From contig JAYQLI010000047.1 of assembly GCA_038143065.1 (NCBI GenBank), positions 1-45,138 on the forward strand: a stretch of DNA of 45,138 nucleotides. The letters are read 5' to 3'. Positions 10,139 to 20,486 of the stretch are shown piece after piece. Positions within the stretch are counted from its first letter, which is position 1; every line of letters starts with the position of its first letter. This DNA comes from Rhodospirillales bacterium (GTDB lineage Bacteria; Pseudomonadota; Alphaproteobacteria; Bin95). Position numbers and translations under genes: made by a program. The notes below the pieces were generated by a model. That model saw only the letters and a list, made by a program, of their open reading frames with translations. It did not search any database and had not been told where the DNA came from.

Positions 10139-11698
10139 TCAAAAATCGGTGGCAGCGCCACCCTCGGCCTTGCGCTTAGTGACAAAGACATCAAGTTCTT
10201 CCCGTATGGCAGGGTCAAGGGCCGGGGCCTCATAGGCGGCAAGACGCTTTTTCCACTCAGTGTTTGCGCGTTCAATCGCAATTGGCGACCCGGCTTCCTG
10301 CCAGGTCTCGAAATTGCGCCAGTCGCTCAGGATCGGAGAATAAAAGGCATCACGATATCGCGTTTGCGTGTGGTCGGTACCAAAGAAGTGACCCGCTGGG
10401 CCCACCTCATTTATGGCTTCCAATGCCAAATCGTCTGGGCTGGTCGAAACGGGTTGAAGGAACTCAGAAACCATCTGAAGCAGGTCAATATCGAGTATGG
10501 CTTTTTCGTATGAACAGCACAGGCCCCCTTCGAGCCATCCGGCCCCGTGCATGAGCATATTGGCACCACCATTTATGGCGCCCCAAAGCGAGAAGACTGC
10601 CTCATATGCCGCTTGCGCATCCACCGTATTGGCTGCGCACACATTCGACGACCGATACGGTATGCCATAGCGCCGCGCCAGCTGCCCACCGATATGCTGA
10701 GCCTTCATGTATTCTGGTGTACCAAAGGCAGGCGCCCCGGTTTTCATGTCAACGTTGGAGGTGAAGCCGCCGTACATCACCGGTGCTCCCGGCCGTACCA
10801 TCTGAGACAAGGCAACACCGGCCAACGCCTCGGCATTTTGCAGCGTCACGGCCCCGGCTATCGTGATTGGCGCCATGGCCCCTGCCAGCGTGAACGGCGT
10901 GATCACAACGGGTTGACCCATCGCGGATAAGGCCATCACGCCCTGCATCATCGGAATATCGAGCTGCAGCGGAGAGTTCGTATTGATGATCGAGAACATG
11001 CAGGCCCGATCACGCATCTGATCATATGTCAAACCATGGGCAATCCGCGTCATCTCAATCGCATCGGCGACGCGTTCTTTCCCGAGAGAGTAGATGCAAT
11101 AGGCCTTGTCGGTCAGCGTTATGTAATCCTGAATGCAATCCAGATGGCGGATTGAGGCATGAATATCCACGGGCTCTACTGGATACCCGCCTGTGACGTG
11201 CAGGACGTTATGCATCTGGGCCAGTCTTAAGAAATTACGGTAGTCCTCTTGGTTGCCTGCGCGACGGCCCCGGTCAGTATCTGAGCAATTCGGTGCGCTT
11301 GCCATCATGTTGAATACGAGGTTGTCGCCGCCCATTGTGACGCTGTGCTGGGCGTTTCGTGCATGCAGCATGAATTCCGACGGCACAGTTGCAATGGTTT
11401 CGTTAATCAAATCGGGGTCGAAGCGCACACGCTCTTCACCGTCCCTCACATCGGCTCCCGCCTTTTTCATCACAGCGCGGGCTCCCTCATGCAGCACATC
11501 CAGGCCCGTCTCACACAGCAATTTAAGAGATGCCAAATGGATATGCTCGACCTGATCATCTGAAATCAGCGCAACAGGGGGATAGGGACGTTTCAGCTGC
11601 GCAAACGGTCGTTGCGTGATAGCGGGTGCCGGTGTTGCCCTTTCGCGGCGGCGCCCATGGCGTCCGCGTTCCTGGTGGGCCAGTTGTTCAATAGTCAT
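10139..11698 (-). CDS. Trimethylamine methyltransferase (MttB/MtgB superfamily), non-pyrrolysine
   Basis: IHLASLKLLCETG, INTNSPLQLD, TPFTLAGAMAPIT, VDMKTGAPAFGTPE, HGAGWLEGGL and VGPAGHFFG. No in-frame amber codon. Alternative start at 11725. Confidence 0.92.
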   Translation of the reverse strand: MTIEQLAHQERGRHGRRRERATPAPAITQRPFAQLKRPYPPVALISDDQVEHIHLASLKLLCETGLDVLHEGARAVMKKAGADVRDGEERVRFDPDLINETIATVPSEFMLHARNAQHSVTMGGDNLVFNMMASAPNCSDTDRGRRAGNQEDYRNFLRLAQMHNVLHVTGGYPVEPVDIHASIRHLDCIQDYITLTDKAYCIYSLGKERVADAIEMTRIAHGLTYDQMRDRACMFSIINTNSPLQLDIPMMQGVMALSAMGQPVVITPFTLAGAMAPITIAGAVTLQNAEALAGVALSQMVRPGAPVMYGGFTSNVDMKTGAPAFGTPEYMKAQHIGGQLARRYGIPYRSSNVCAANTVDAQAAYEAVFSLWGAINGGANMLMHGAGWLEGGLCCSYEKAILDIDLLQMVSEFLQPVSTSPDDLALEAINEVGPAGHFFGTDHTQTRYRDAFYSPILSDWRNFETWQEAGSPIAIERANTEWKKRLAAYEAPALDPAIREELDVFVTKRKAEGGAATDF

Positions 11699-11859
11699 TT
11701 GGGTGCGCTTTCTTAACCACGACATTTGGTCAGAAGCCTATGATGAAGTTTTGAGATTCAGGCAAATGAGTAATAGTAATAGCCATTCATTTTTGTAATG
11801 ACTTGTTCAATTTTTTAGGATTAAAACGCATATAAGCGATGTTATACAACGAGCGGGTC

Positions 11860-12734
11860 ATGACTTCTAAAAATTCTCCCAGCCTCACCTCGCTTAGAGC
11901 CTTTTCCGTTGTAGGAAACTGCCTGAGCATCACCAGTGCGGCTCAACAACTCGGAGTAACCCAAAGTGCGGTCAGCCGACAGATCAAGGCATTGGAAGAC
12001 GCGCTAGAATTCAAATTATTCAACCGCATCGGAAATAACATCAATCTGACGGCAGAAGGCCTGGCCTTTCACCAGAGGATCTTCACAATCTTCGGCCTTC
12101 TCGAGGATGCAACAAACGATGCAACCAATTCCTTCGCGCAGCAAAAAATAAACCTTTTGGCGCCTCCTACCTTAGCTGCCCGTTGGTTAACCCGGCGACT
12201 ACGAGACTATCCTCAAAAGTTCGCGGCCGTTGAACTGGCGGTCCACACAGAGCCATGGCCGAATATCCGAATGGATTGTGTAATCCAATTCGCCAGGTAC
12301 CCAAGCGCAGGTTCAAAGCATGTCCAATTGTTTCAGGAACAGCATGTCGCTGTCTGTTCGCGCGATCTTTTTGAAAATCGGCATGCCATGCGCACGAGCT
12401 CCCCGTTGCATATCTTTGACAAGGGAATCTCGTTTCCCCTTTGGAGTGACTGGCTGGCACACCAACCGAACTTTCCGGACCTGCCCACCGGACCTTTGAT
12501 GAAATTTTCTTCCCTCGAACTTGCAATTCAAGCGGCCAAGAATTCTGTCGGCGTCGCTATAGTCGATCGAAACATGATCGAATATGAATTGGAGGCAGGC
12601 AGCCTTGTCCAGATTTCGCCAATTACGGTTGCAGGACCCAGCGGATACTGGCTTGAAATCATCGCAAGAACAACAGGCCAAGGCAAGCTCCATCCAATTT
12701 TTCCGCTGGCTGAGAAGTGTTTCTGGCCCGACCC
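11860..12734 (+). CDS. LysR-family regulator (GcvA/TrpI-like), divergent from the mttB operon; 3' end joined to the next gene
   Basis: HTH PSLTSLRAFSVV...SITSAAQQLGVTQSAVSRQIKALEDAL. A LysR-type C-terminus (SSIQFFRWLRS) lies in the +1 frame after ~12669. Confidence 0.85.
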
Positions 12735-14383
12735 TACGAACAATTCGCGGATCAAATACAAGGCGCCGCGACTATTTCGCAACAATGGAGTTTCTCCTAA
12801 TCGTTCGGTTGCCATTCTGACCCAGCATACTCCTTCTGCCCAAATTGCGCTTTGGGGCGCTCAAATTGCTGGGGTGGCTTGTCCTATAAACCCATTTTTA
12901 AATCCCGAACATATAGCGGGTCTTATTCGCGCTGCAGATGCAGCAATTGTGATAGTTACGGGCGTTAATCAAGAACTGGATTATTGGTCAACACTCGTTC
13001 CAGCCTTGAGAAAACATGGCATAAATGTCCCCATTTTTTCTTGCGATGCAGATCAAGACAGCCCAGGCTCTGACGGCGTTTTTGAACACCTCATTTCACA
13101 GAGGGGTGATGCCGTCACACCTGAGGGAGATCATACTGCAATTGCTGCTTATTATCACACAGGCGGCACAACAGGCGCACCTAAACTCGTACAGCATACT
13201 CGTTTGAATGAGGCTCACGTCGCAATCTCGTGTGGCCTCATGCATGATCACGGTCCTGATACAGTTATGGTAAACGGATTTCCGTTATTTCATGTCGCTG
13301 GCGCATTCGTTTACGGTCTCTCAGTGTTTTCAGCAGGTGGGCAATTAGTAATTCCAGGTCTCCTCGGGATGCGAAACCAAATGTTTATGAAAACAATCTG
13401 GCGACAGGTGGAACGTTTAGGAATTACGGTAATTGGATGTGTTCCCACAGTTCTTGCAGGCTTGAAAAGTATTCCAGTAGATGCAGACATTTCATCTCTA
13501 AGATGGCTATTAACCGGTGGATCTCCTTTGCCTTCAGAACTGGCAGACGCAGCGGAAGCGCACGTCAATCGACCAGTACGCAATATCCTGGGTATGACGG
13601 AAAGTGCTGGCGCTATCGCGGTCGAACCAGTTCACGGGGAAAGAACTCCTCAGTCATGCGGATTGCGGCTTCCATTCACAGAAATAATTATTCTTGGCGA
13701 AACCAATAACGAGGTAGACCGTAATTTGGTGTTACCACCAGGAAGGACAGGAATATGTGCTGTGAAAGGTCCTAATATTGCAATTGGGTATTCGGATCCT
13801 TCTCGTAATGCTGGAACCTTCGAGAGTGATGGTTGGCTTGTTTCTGGAGACTTAGCACATTTAGATCTAGATCAGCGCCTATTCATTACAGGCCGCAAAA
13901 AAGATGTAATCATTCGAGGCGCCCACAACATCGATCCACAAATGATTGAGGATTGTTTGCTGGCTCATCCAGCTGTCGAAACCGCAGCCGCTGTTGGGAT
14001 GCCAGATGCTTATGCAGGCGAATTGCCTGTTGCATTCGTCAGTCTGTATTCTAATGAGACAATTTCGGGACCTGAGCTGATCGATTTTCTTAGGTCGAAG
14101 ATTTATGATCCAGTTGCATTGCCGAAGCGCATTGAAGTCGTTGAAAGCATACCGCTTACTCCAATAGGGAAAATTTTCAAACCAGCGCTTCGATCTCAAG
14201 CGATCAATTGGGCTATAATGTCGATTGCCGAAAAGCTTGGAATTAAAGCGCAGGTTATGGTTGATGAGAAGTTTACAGCACTAATTCATGTGCCAAAAAG
14301 AAGATTTTTCAAGGTTCAAAGACGCTCTGACAGGAATGCCAGTTAAAGTGGAAATTAATGCGATCTCTCTTACAAATAAGTGA
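12735..14383 (+). pseudogene. Acyl-CoA synthetase (AMP-binding), missing its N-terminal ~50 aa and its own start
   Basis: YYHTGGTTGAPK, FPLFHV, ILGMTE, GWLVSGDL, GRKKDVIIRGAHNIDP and LTPIGKIFK. It begins abruptly at YEQFADQIQGAA(R)LFR. A 3' frameshift probably extends it to the TGA at 14383. Confidence 0.8.
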
Positions 14384-14571
14384 ATTAATATTACGGTACT
14401 GAATAGAGCTAATTACAACACCTTAGTGTCTCCGAAATATTGAACAAAGAAGCGTTTTTTCATTTACACAAATGCAGGTAATACTGCCTTAGCAGGATTG
14501 CTTGAGTCACCAAAGAGAAAGAGACAAAAAGCCACTTAGATTTATGAAGACCATTGAGTCCTATCTATCTA

Positions 14572-14700
14572 TTCGGCTTTTGCCAATACAGCGTGGAGAA
14601 GTTTCTGATGGTGTGATGCAGCGCAAGCTCTACCGGCACAGTGTCGAACCCCGGAGTCTCCGCATAAAAACACACGAAAAAGTGTGTGTTTGGTTTTTGA
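14572..14700. repeat. Collapsed scar of the 34-44 kb integrative element family
   Basis: 14572-14638 matches 34321-34387 (inside the element's leftmost ORF). 14637-14700 matches 17363-17400 and ~44254-44325 (element right end, including ACACACGAAAAAGTGTGTGTTTGG). Confidence 0.85.
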
Positions 14701-14770
14701 GAGTTGGCGTGATCCAAACCGATGTTGATATGACCGTAATAGTTTGAGAGACCGGCAAAATCTGTTAAAC

Positions 14771-15781
14771 TTATGGATCTCGATTTATCTGGTTTTTGCC
14801 CAAATTCATACCAGTGGAGGCAGGCATCGGAATGTCTGAAGCAACCTGAATATTTAGTTTACGCTCTCTATAAACTGCATAAACTCCACCCAACAAAATC
14901 AGACACATACCGAGCCATGAGAGAGCATCTGGCCACTCATTCCAAATAAATATTCCCCATAGAACACTGACTGGTATTGCTACGTATTCAAACGGGGCCA
15001 CTAGTGATGCCTCGGCATTTCTATAAGCGTAAGATGATGCGAAAGAGAGAAACAAAACTGCACACGCACAAATGGCAAAAAAGGTAACCTCGACAAATGT
15101 TGGAAACACCGCTTTTCTCAGCAAAAAATCAAGCGCTTGATTACCTGATAGCTCGTGACTGCTGAACAAATTGTAAGCGACGAATGGCAAGGCAGAGACA
15201 AGGTAACATAAATGTTGAATGGTAATCAGACCTGGAAGATCTCCCATTCCTTTTAATCTTCGGGTGACAACTTGGAATATCGCGTAGCTTACTGCAGACC
15301 CTAGTGCTAATAGCATTTCATACTTAAAAAAACTTGTGCCTGGGCGCATGATCAAAGCAACGCCTATTAGCGCGAGTAGTACCGCCGTAACACGATGCGC
15401 TCCAATTTTTTCGTTTAGAAACACAGCAGATAATGCAGTGATTAATAGTGGTGACAGGAAAAAGATCGATACCACGGTTGAAATTGGCAAAGTTGAGAGT
15501 GCCAAAAAGTACAGATACATCGCGGCAACTAAGCACATACCTCTCATGACAAATAAGGTGACCGTTTTTCGATCTAACATCGAAACCGAACGTATGCCTT
15601 TCGTGAAGATTATTAGTATTCCAAGGGACATTACTGCACGCAGTGCCACTATTTCCGCTAGTGGCAGGCGCTCACTCATTAATTTTATCAGCGCATCGTT
15701 TAGCGGGATAAATGACATACCCAAGACTAAAAGCAATATTGCCTTCAGCGCATGTCCTCCGTCATCAACGATTTTGGGCAT
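14771..15781 (-). CDS. DMT/EamA-family transporter
   Basis: About 10 hydrophobic segments, FLSPLLITALSAVFLNEKIG and AEASLVAPFEY. Confidence 0.9.
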   Translation of the reverse strand: MPKIVDDGGHALKAILLLVLGMSFIPLNDALIKLMSERLPLAEIVALRAVMSLGILIIFTKGIRSVSMLDRKTVTLFVMRGMCLVAAMYLYFLALSTLPISTVVSIFFLSPLLITALSAVFLNEKIGAHRVTAVLLALIGVALIMRPGTSFFKYEMLLALGSAVSYAIFQVVTRRLKGMGDLPGLITIQHLCYLVSALPFVAYNLFSSHELSGNQALDFLLRKAVFPTFVEVTFFAICACAVLFLSFASSYAYRNAEASLVAPFEYVAIPVSVLWGIFIWNEWPDALSWLGMCLILLGGVYAVYRERKLNIQVASDIPMPASTGMNLGKNQINRDP

Positions 15782-15949
15782 TGTTTACCCTCTGACTTAG
15801 AAATCTGAATGATGTTGCGAATTTTAGGTGACGAATGCTTTGCCAAAGACGACAGCCAGAAGCGTCGTGTTTGAACCAGACACATGCTGACAAATGCTCA
15901 TGCTGTTAATTAATGACTGCGCATAGACACACTTTTTAACCACCGGCTG

Positions 15950-16829
15950 ATGAACCAATTCACTTCCAAACATGTTATTATGGCACTTTTTGTACCGCTT
16001 TTGTGGGGCTTGGGGTTCGTATTTGCAAAGTGGGCAATCAATCATTTTCCACCAATTTTGCTGATGGCATTTCGCTTTTCATTAACAGCGTTAGTATTGG
16101 TTTGGTTCACACCATTACCTGTAGGAAAGTTTTTTCAACTTTTTAAAATTGCTATTGTCGCAGCCGCTATTCAATACAGCCTTACATTTACTGGTGTTAA
16201 AGGTTTAGAGGCAGGGCTAGCATCAATAATTGTTCAGCTGGAAGTACCCTTTCTCGTTATTCTTGGAGCATTACTCCTAAAGGAAACGCCTGGTTACAAG
16301 AAGTGGATTGGCATAGGTATATCGTTTGTGGGTGTTGCTATTATGAGCCAACAAGATGAACTGAGCGGAAGTTTTATTTCTATCGCTTTGGTGCTAAGTG
16401 GCTGCTTTGCATGGGCTCTGGGTCAGGTCATGATCAGAAAACTTAAAGATGTTTCAGGAATGCAAGTTACAGCCTGGATAGCAGTTTTTTGCTGCTCCAC
16501 AATTATTTTTCATGTCGGCGATATTTGAGGATGGGCAAGTAGAAGCACTAAAGACTGCTGCCCCATTGGTGTGGTGGACCGTCCTATACCTTGGCTTGAT
16601 AATGACATGCTTAGGTTATTACTTTTGGAACACGTTGATACGGCATCACGATGTAAGTAAAGTCGCACCGTTCTTATTGCTGCTTCCCGTGTTCTCTGTA
16701 TTAGGTGGAAATCTTTTCTTGGGAGAAACAATCACATTAGAGAAGTTTTATGGCGGTGCTACGATATTATTGGGAATTGGGGTAATTACAATAAACGCAA
16801 GACTGAGCTCCGTTTTTTGGCGCCGATAG
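15950..16829 (+). CDS. EamA-family transporter, split by a frameshift near 16490
   Basis: LWGLGFVFAK, PPILLMAFRF, QLEVPF and VAPFLLLLPVF...LFLGE. The likely break is at a T-run around 16484-16490. Confidence 0.88.
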
Positions 16830-16873
16830 TGGACGTAGGGCGATAGAGTTCTGAGCTGGTCGTGAAGCTAAAC

Positions 16874-17309
16874 ATGAGTAAAAAAGAAAAAAAGATGACT
16901 TCACTTAAAACTTCCGCCGCAGAGATGGTCGCGCAAGCACGCGCGAAAATAGAAGAAATTGAAACACCTGACCTAATCACAATGATGGATGATCCAAACG
17001 TGATTATTGTTGATATCCGAGACATCCGAGAACGTCAGTGAAGCGGATACATCCCAGGTAGTTTTCATGCTCCACGCGGAATGATCGAATTTTGGATTGA
17101 TCCAGAGAGCCCTTATCACAAAGACATTTTCGCCCAGGAAGGCAAAAAATATGTGTTTGATTGCGCATCAGGCTGGCGTTCAGCGCTCACTGTGGCAACT
17201 CTGCAGGATATGGGTTTTGAGGCAGCGCACCCATAAAGAGGGTTTCTCCACGTGGGAAAAACAAGGCGGCGCAGTAGAGCAGCACGACCCGAGCAGTAAA
17301 AAATCTTAA
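16874..17309 (+). pseudogene. Rhodanese-like protein with an in-frame TGA (17039-17041) and a later frameshift
   Basis: My translation is MSKKEKKMTSLKTSAAEMVAQARAKIEE...VDIRDIRERQ*SGYIPGSFHAPRGMIEFWIDPESPYH...FDCASGWRSAL. Confidence 0.8.
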
Positions 17310-17339
17310 ACAAAACCGCTACAAAGCACACCAAGTAAT

Positions 17340-17427
17340 GTGTTCTTTCACTAGGTTGTAGACACAGTGTCGAACCCCGGAACCTCCGCATAAAAACACG
17401 CATAGCGTTAGTGTGCGAAAAATTAAG
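17340..17427. repeat. Second scar of the integrative-element right end
   Basis: 26 bp identical to 44231-44256 (GTGTTCTTTCACTAGGTTGTAGACAC), then ACACGCATAGCGTTAGTGTGC..AAATTAAG as at 44331-44361. The middle segment between two ACACG repeats is missing. Confidence 0.9.
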
Positions 17428-17881
17428 TTGCTGCTGGTAAGTAAATCATTCCAGAAATCAAGTTGTGCAATATCCGCCTGAAAACAGCGAGGTCTTCATT
17501 CGAAAATTTTTCCTGCAAACTTGACTCATAAGCACCAGCGTGCCCGCATAAATCCTTGTACACGCTTAGTCCTATTGCTGTCAGTGATAGCCAATCTGTT
17601 CTCTGATCAAGCTGATTGGTATGTCTTTGCACGTAACGCCTTTGTTCAAGCTTTGAAATTGCACGCGACACCTTTGTTTTGTGCAGTGAAGCTTTTTGAC
17701 AGATCTGCTTGGCAGTAATTCTATGATAGAGAGCAATGTGGAAAAGAACCCTCCATTCTGTTCGTAGTATACCGTATTTGCGTTTGTAAGTTAATTGAAA
17801 TGACTGACTACTTTTTTCTGCGGCTTGATTTAGCAAATATGGAAGAAACTGCAATGGATCGAATTCTTGGCCATTAGACAT
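17423..17881 (-). CDS. MarR-family regulator
   Basis: FLPYLLNQAAE, EWRVLFH, LHKTKVSRAISKLE and DQRTDWLSLT. Confidence 0.9.
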   Translation of the reverse strand: MSNGQEFDPLQFLPYLLNQAAEKSSQSFQLTYKRKYGILRTEWRVLFHIALYHRITAKQICQKASLHKTKVSRAISKLEQRRYVQRHTNQLDQRTDWLSLTAIGLSVYKDLCGHAGAYESSLQEKFSNEDLAVFRRILHNLISGMIYLPAAT

Positions 17882-17908
17882 TAGTATAGTCTCTCTTCCT
17901 TACGTCCA

Positions 17909-18706
17909 CTATTGCGTCAAAAACCCACCATCAACCGGCAACATTACACCTGTTACATAGCTTGACATTGGTGATACCAAAAAGAGCAATGGACCAACTA
18001 GCTCTTCGGTATCGCCAAATCTACGCATTGGAATATGCTCAAAATATTTTTGGGCGACTTCTGGATTTTCACGCGTAGGAGCTGTCATTGGCGTAGCGAT
18101 AACACCCGGAGCCAGAGCATTTACTCGAATACCAAAGGGCGCCAATTCGGCTGCAAGGGCCTGTGTCATCAATAAGATACTCCCCTTCGACATTCCATAT
18201 CCAACCCCACCTGTCGTTGGGCGAAAACTTGCGATAGATCCAAGATTAATAATTTTCCCCTTAGTCGCCTTTAATTGTTTAAGTAAGGCTTTTACCATGT
18301 GAACCGAGCCCATAGAATTCACGCCTAACTGCTCCTCGATTGATGCAATAAAACCGTCATCATCAGTTAGAACACGTCGGACTATCCCAGCATTATTGAT
18401 AAGTATTGAAGTATTTCCAACCTCTTTTGAAATTTTATCTGCGAGCGCTGTGCAAGCAGAAATATCCGAAACGTCCATTGGAATATTTATGGCCTTACCA
18501 CCAGCAGAGTTTATCGAATTCACAGTTTTCGACAAAATTTCTGAGTCTCTGTCAACAGCTACTACAGTAGCACCGCACGCTGCTAATGCACGGGCAAAGG
18601 CTTCGCCATTCCCTTGGGCAGCTCCGGTTACAACCGCTATTTCTCCCTCAAGGAGTTTTTGAAAACGGGATATCTCAACTGACTGAACTGGATGTACGCT
18701 TTCCAT
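17909..18706 (-). CDS. Short-chain dehydrogenase/reductase
   Basis: TGAAQGNG, NNAG, catalytic YGMSK, GIRVNALAPG and VDGG. Confidence 0.95.
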   Translation of the reverse strand: MESVHPVQSVEISRFQKLLEGEIAVVTGAAQGNGEAFARALAACGATVVAVDRDSEILSKTVNSINSAGGKAINIPMDVSDISACTALADKISKEVGNTSILINNAGIVRRVLTDDDGFIASIEEQLGVNSMGSVHMVKALLKQLKATKGKIINLGSIASFRPTTGGVGYGMSKGSILLMTQALAAELAPFGIRVNALAPGVIATPMTAPTRENPEVAQKYFEHIPMRRFGDTEELVGPLLFLVSPMSSYVTGVMLPVDGGFLTQ

Positions 18707-18763
18707 AATTTTTCTTCCTTATATATTATAGATTGCTTAGTTGAGTAAATCATTGCCAAACAC

Positions 18764-19435
18764 TCAGGACTTGCCAATTATTTCAACTGGTGACGTCATA
18801 AATGTTGAAATCTCAGCAGCGAACTCATTAGCGTGTATCATCAACGTCTTTCCTGCCGCTGTCTGAAATGCAGTCTCAAAACTGTCATTATCAGGAAACC
18901 AAAGCTCGAGCACACCGTCCACCATCATGTGACCTTTGGCATCTCTTGGACCATCTAAAACTAGATTTTGACGGCATCCTGAAATATGAACTAGCCGCTT
19001 TGCAAGGCTACTATGAAGGTTAAACCAGTGATCCTGAAAGTCCTCTGAACTTATGTCTGGCCGCTTTCTTAGAATTGACATCCATTTTATTCCCCCCTCG
19101 TTCATGGGTGGCGCAACAACAGTGTTTTGGAGACACAAAATAGCGTTTAAATCAGCAATCAACGGGCCAGGTAATCCCATCGCAAGGTTGAATGCACTTG
19201 AAGATGCTGCCGTCATACTTGATGAAATATCGGGAAAGAAAAACTGGCTAATTACATCCAGTTCAATATCAGTTTGTGCATAGTTATACGGGTGTCGACC
19301 GCATTTGATAACCCGATTGAATACGGCTCCTTTTACATCACCTGATGCGGCAATTTGCATGGCGTCAAAATTATTCTCTACGGTTTTTTCCGTGATTTCT
19401 ATCGCCGTTTGGATGAGCGCCATTACGGTTATCAT
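18764..19435 (-). CDS. EthD-domain protein
   Basis: C-terminal LRKRPDISSEDFQDHWFNLH...DGVLELWF. RBS GAAAGGA precedes the ATG at 19435. Confidence 0.75.
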   Translation of the reverse strand: MITVMALIQTAIEITEKTVENNFDAMQIAASGDVKGAVFNRVIKCGRHPYNYAQTDIELDVISQFFFPDISSSMTAASSSAFNLAMGLPGPLIADLNAILCLQNTVVAPPMNEGGIKWMSILRKRPDISSEDFQDHWFNLHSSLAKRLVHISGCRQNLVLDGPRDAKGHMMVDGVLELWFPDNDSFETAFQTAAGKTLMIHANEFAAEISTFMTSPVEIIGKS

Positions 19436-19496
19436 TTGCAGTCCTTTCTCAGCTCCAACATAGATTGTCACACTACAACGCCTGCGGGGCACTAAA

Positions 19497-20486
19497 TTAT
19501 TTTTTTAAGGCTGCTATTAAGTCTGGAAGACCTCTGACCGCAACTGCAATGACGATCGCTCCTGACTGAACCAAAAATTGAACCGCAGTGCCCGCTCCAA
19601 GTGCAAGAACCATTTGCCCAAGCTGCGCCATGAACAAGGCAGCAACACCACTCGCGATAACACTGCCACGCCCACCCGTAAAAGGTGTTCCACCGACAAC
19701 AACAGCAGCGATTGCAGGCAACAAATAGTCTACCCCTGCGGTCTGCGAAGCAGATCCAATAAAACCCGTGAACAACATGCCTGCTACGGCAAAACAAACT
19801 GCAGCAATAGCATATGTCGCTACTTGATATCGTAAAATTGGAATGCCTGCCGCGGTGGCTGCCGATGGATTTGCACCAACTGCCACAAACCTACGTCCTG
19901 CAATTGTCCGTTTTGTTTGACGCTGATAACAATTATAAACAGTAATGCTAGGATCAACGTCATCGGAATGCCGAATAATTCAGAATGCGAAAACTTCTCT
20001 AATTCCAACGGCGCCTTCATCGGGACACCACCAGATACAGCTCTTACACCCCCCATCAAAATCGCGTTGACGGCAAGTGTCGTCACAATTGGTGTAATAT
20101 TGACCTTTGCAACAAGAAGCCCATTGATAATCCCAATGCAAAGCGCAATGAAAAGCGTGATGGGCACCGCACCCAGTGTTGAGTCCAATGAATGACCAAT
20201 TTGCGCAAATAATAGGCCTGAGATTGTCATGATACCGGGTAGTGACATATCAAGGCCCCTTTGCTGGATGACAATAGTCATGCCAACCGCCGTGATCGCA
20301 AGAATTGCCGCAAACGGTAACATCGCACTTATGGCTTTAGGTGTTACGACCCCCGGCGTTACAACAGCACTCACGAAAAATAGCAGGATAGTTCCCAACC
20401 ATATCCAGAAAATTCATTGAAAAGCGTAGTTTTCAAGTTGGCTCCCAAGCCGTGTTTATGGTTTGGTTTTCTATTGGCATACTCAT
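19497..20486 (-). CDS. Sugar-type (RbsC-like) ABC permease, frameshifted
   Basis: GLDMSLPG, GIINGLLV, ITPIVTTLA, AVGANPSAA and IAAVVVGGTPFTGGRG. ATGA overlap with the upstream gene. Confidence 0.85.

Noticed and set aside
1614-11563. Many 60-200 aa plus-strand ORFs
   Set aside because: They are antisense shadows of well-supported GC-rich minus-strand genes.
10139-11698. Pyrrolysine-containing MttB
   Set aside because: No in-frame TAG and no pyl genes.
17039-17041. Selenocysteine TGA in the rhodanese
   Set aside because: The TGA falls at a probable Arg position (CGA>TGA), far from the catalytic Cys (CASGWRS), and no SECIS is evident.
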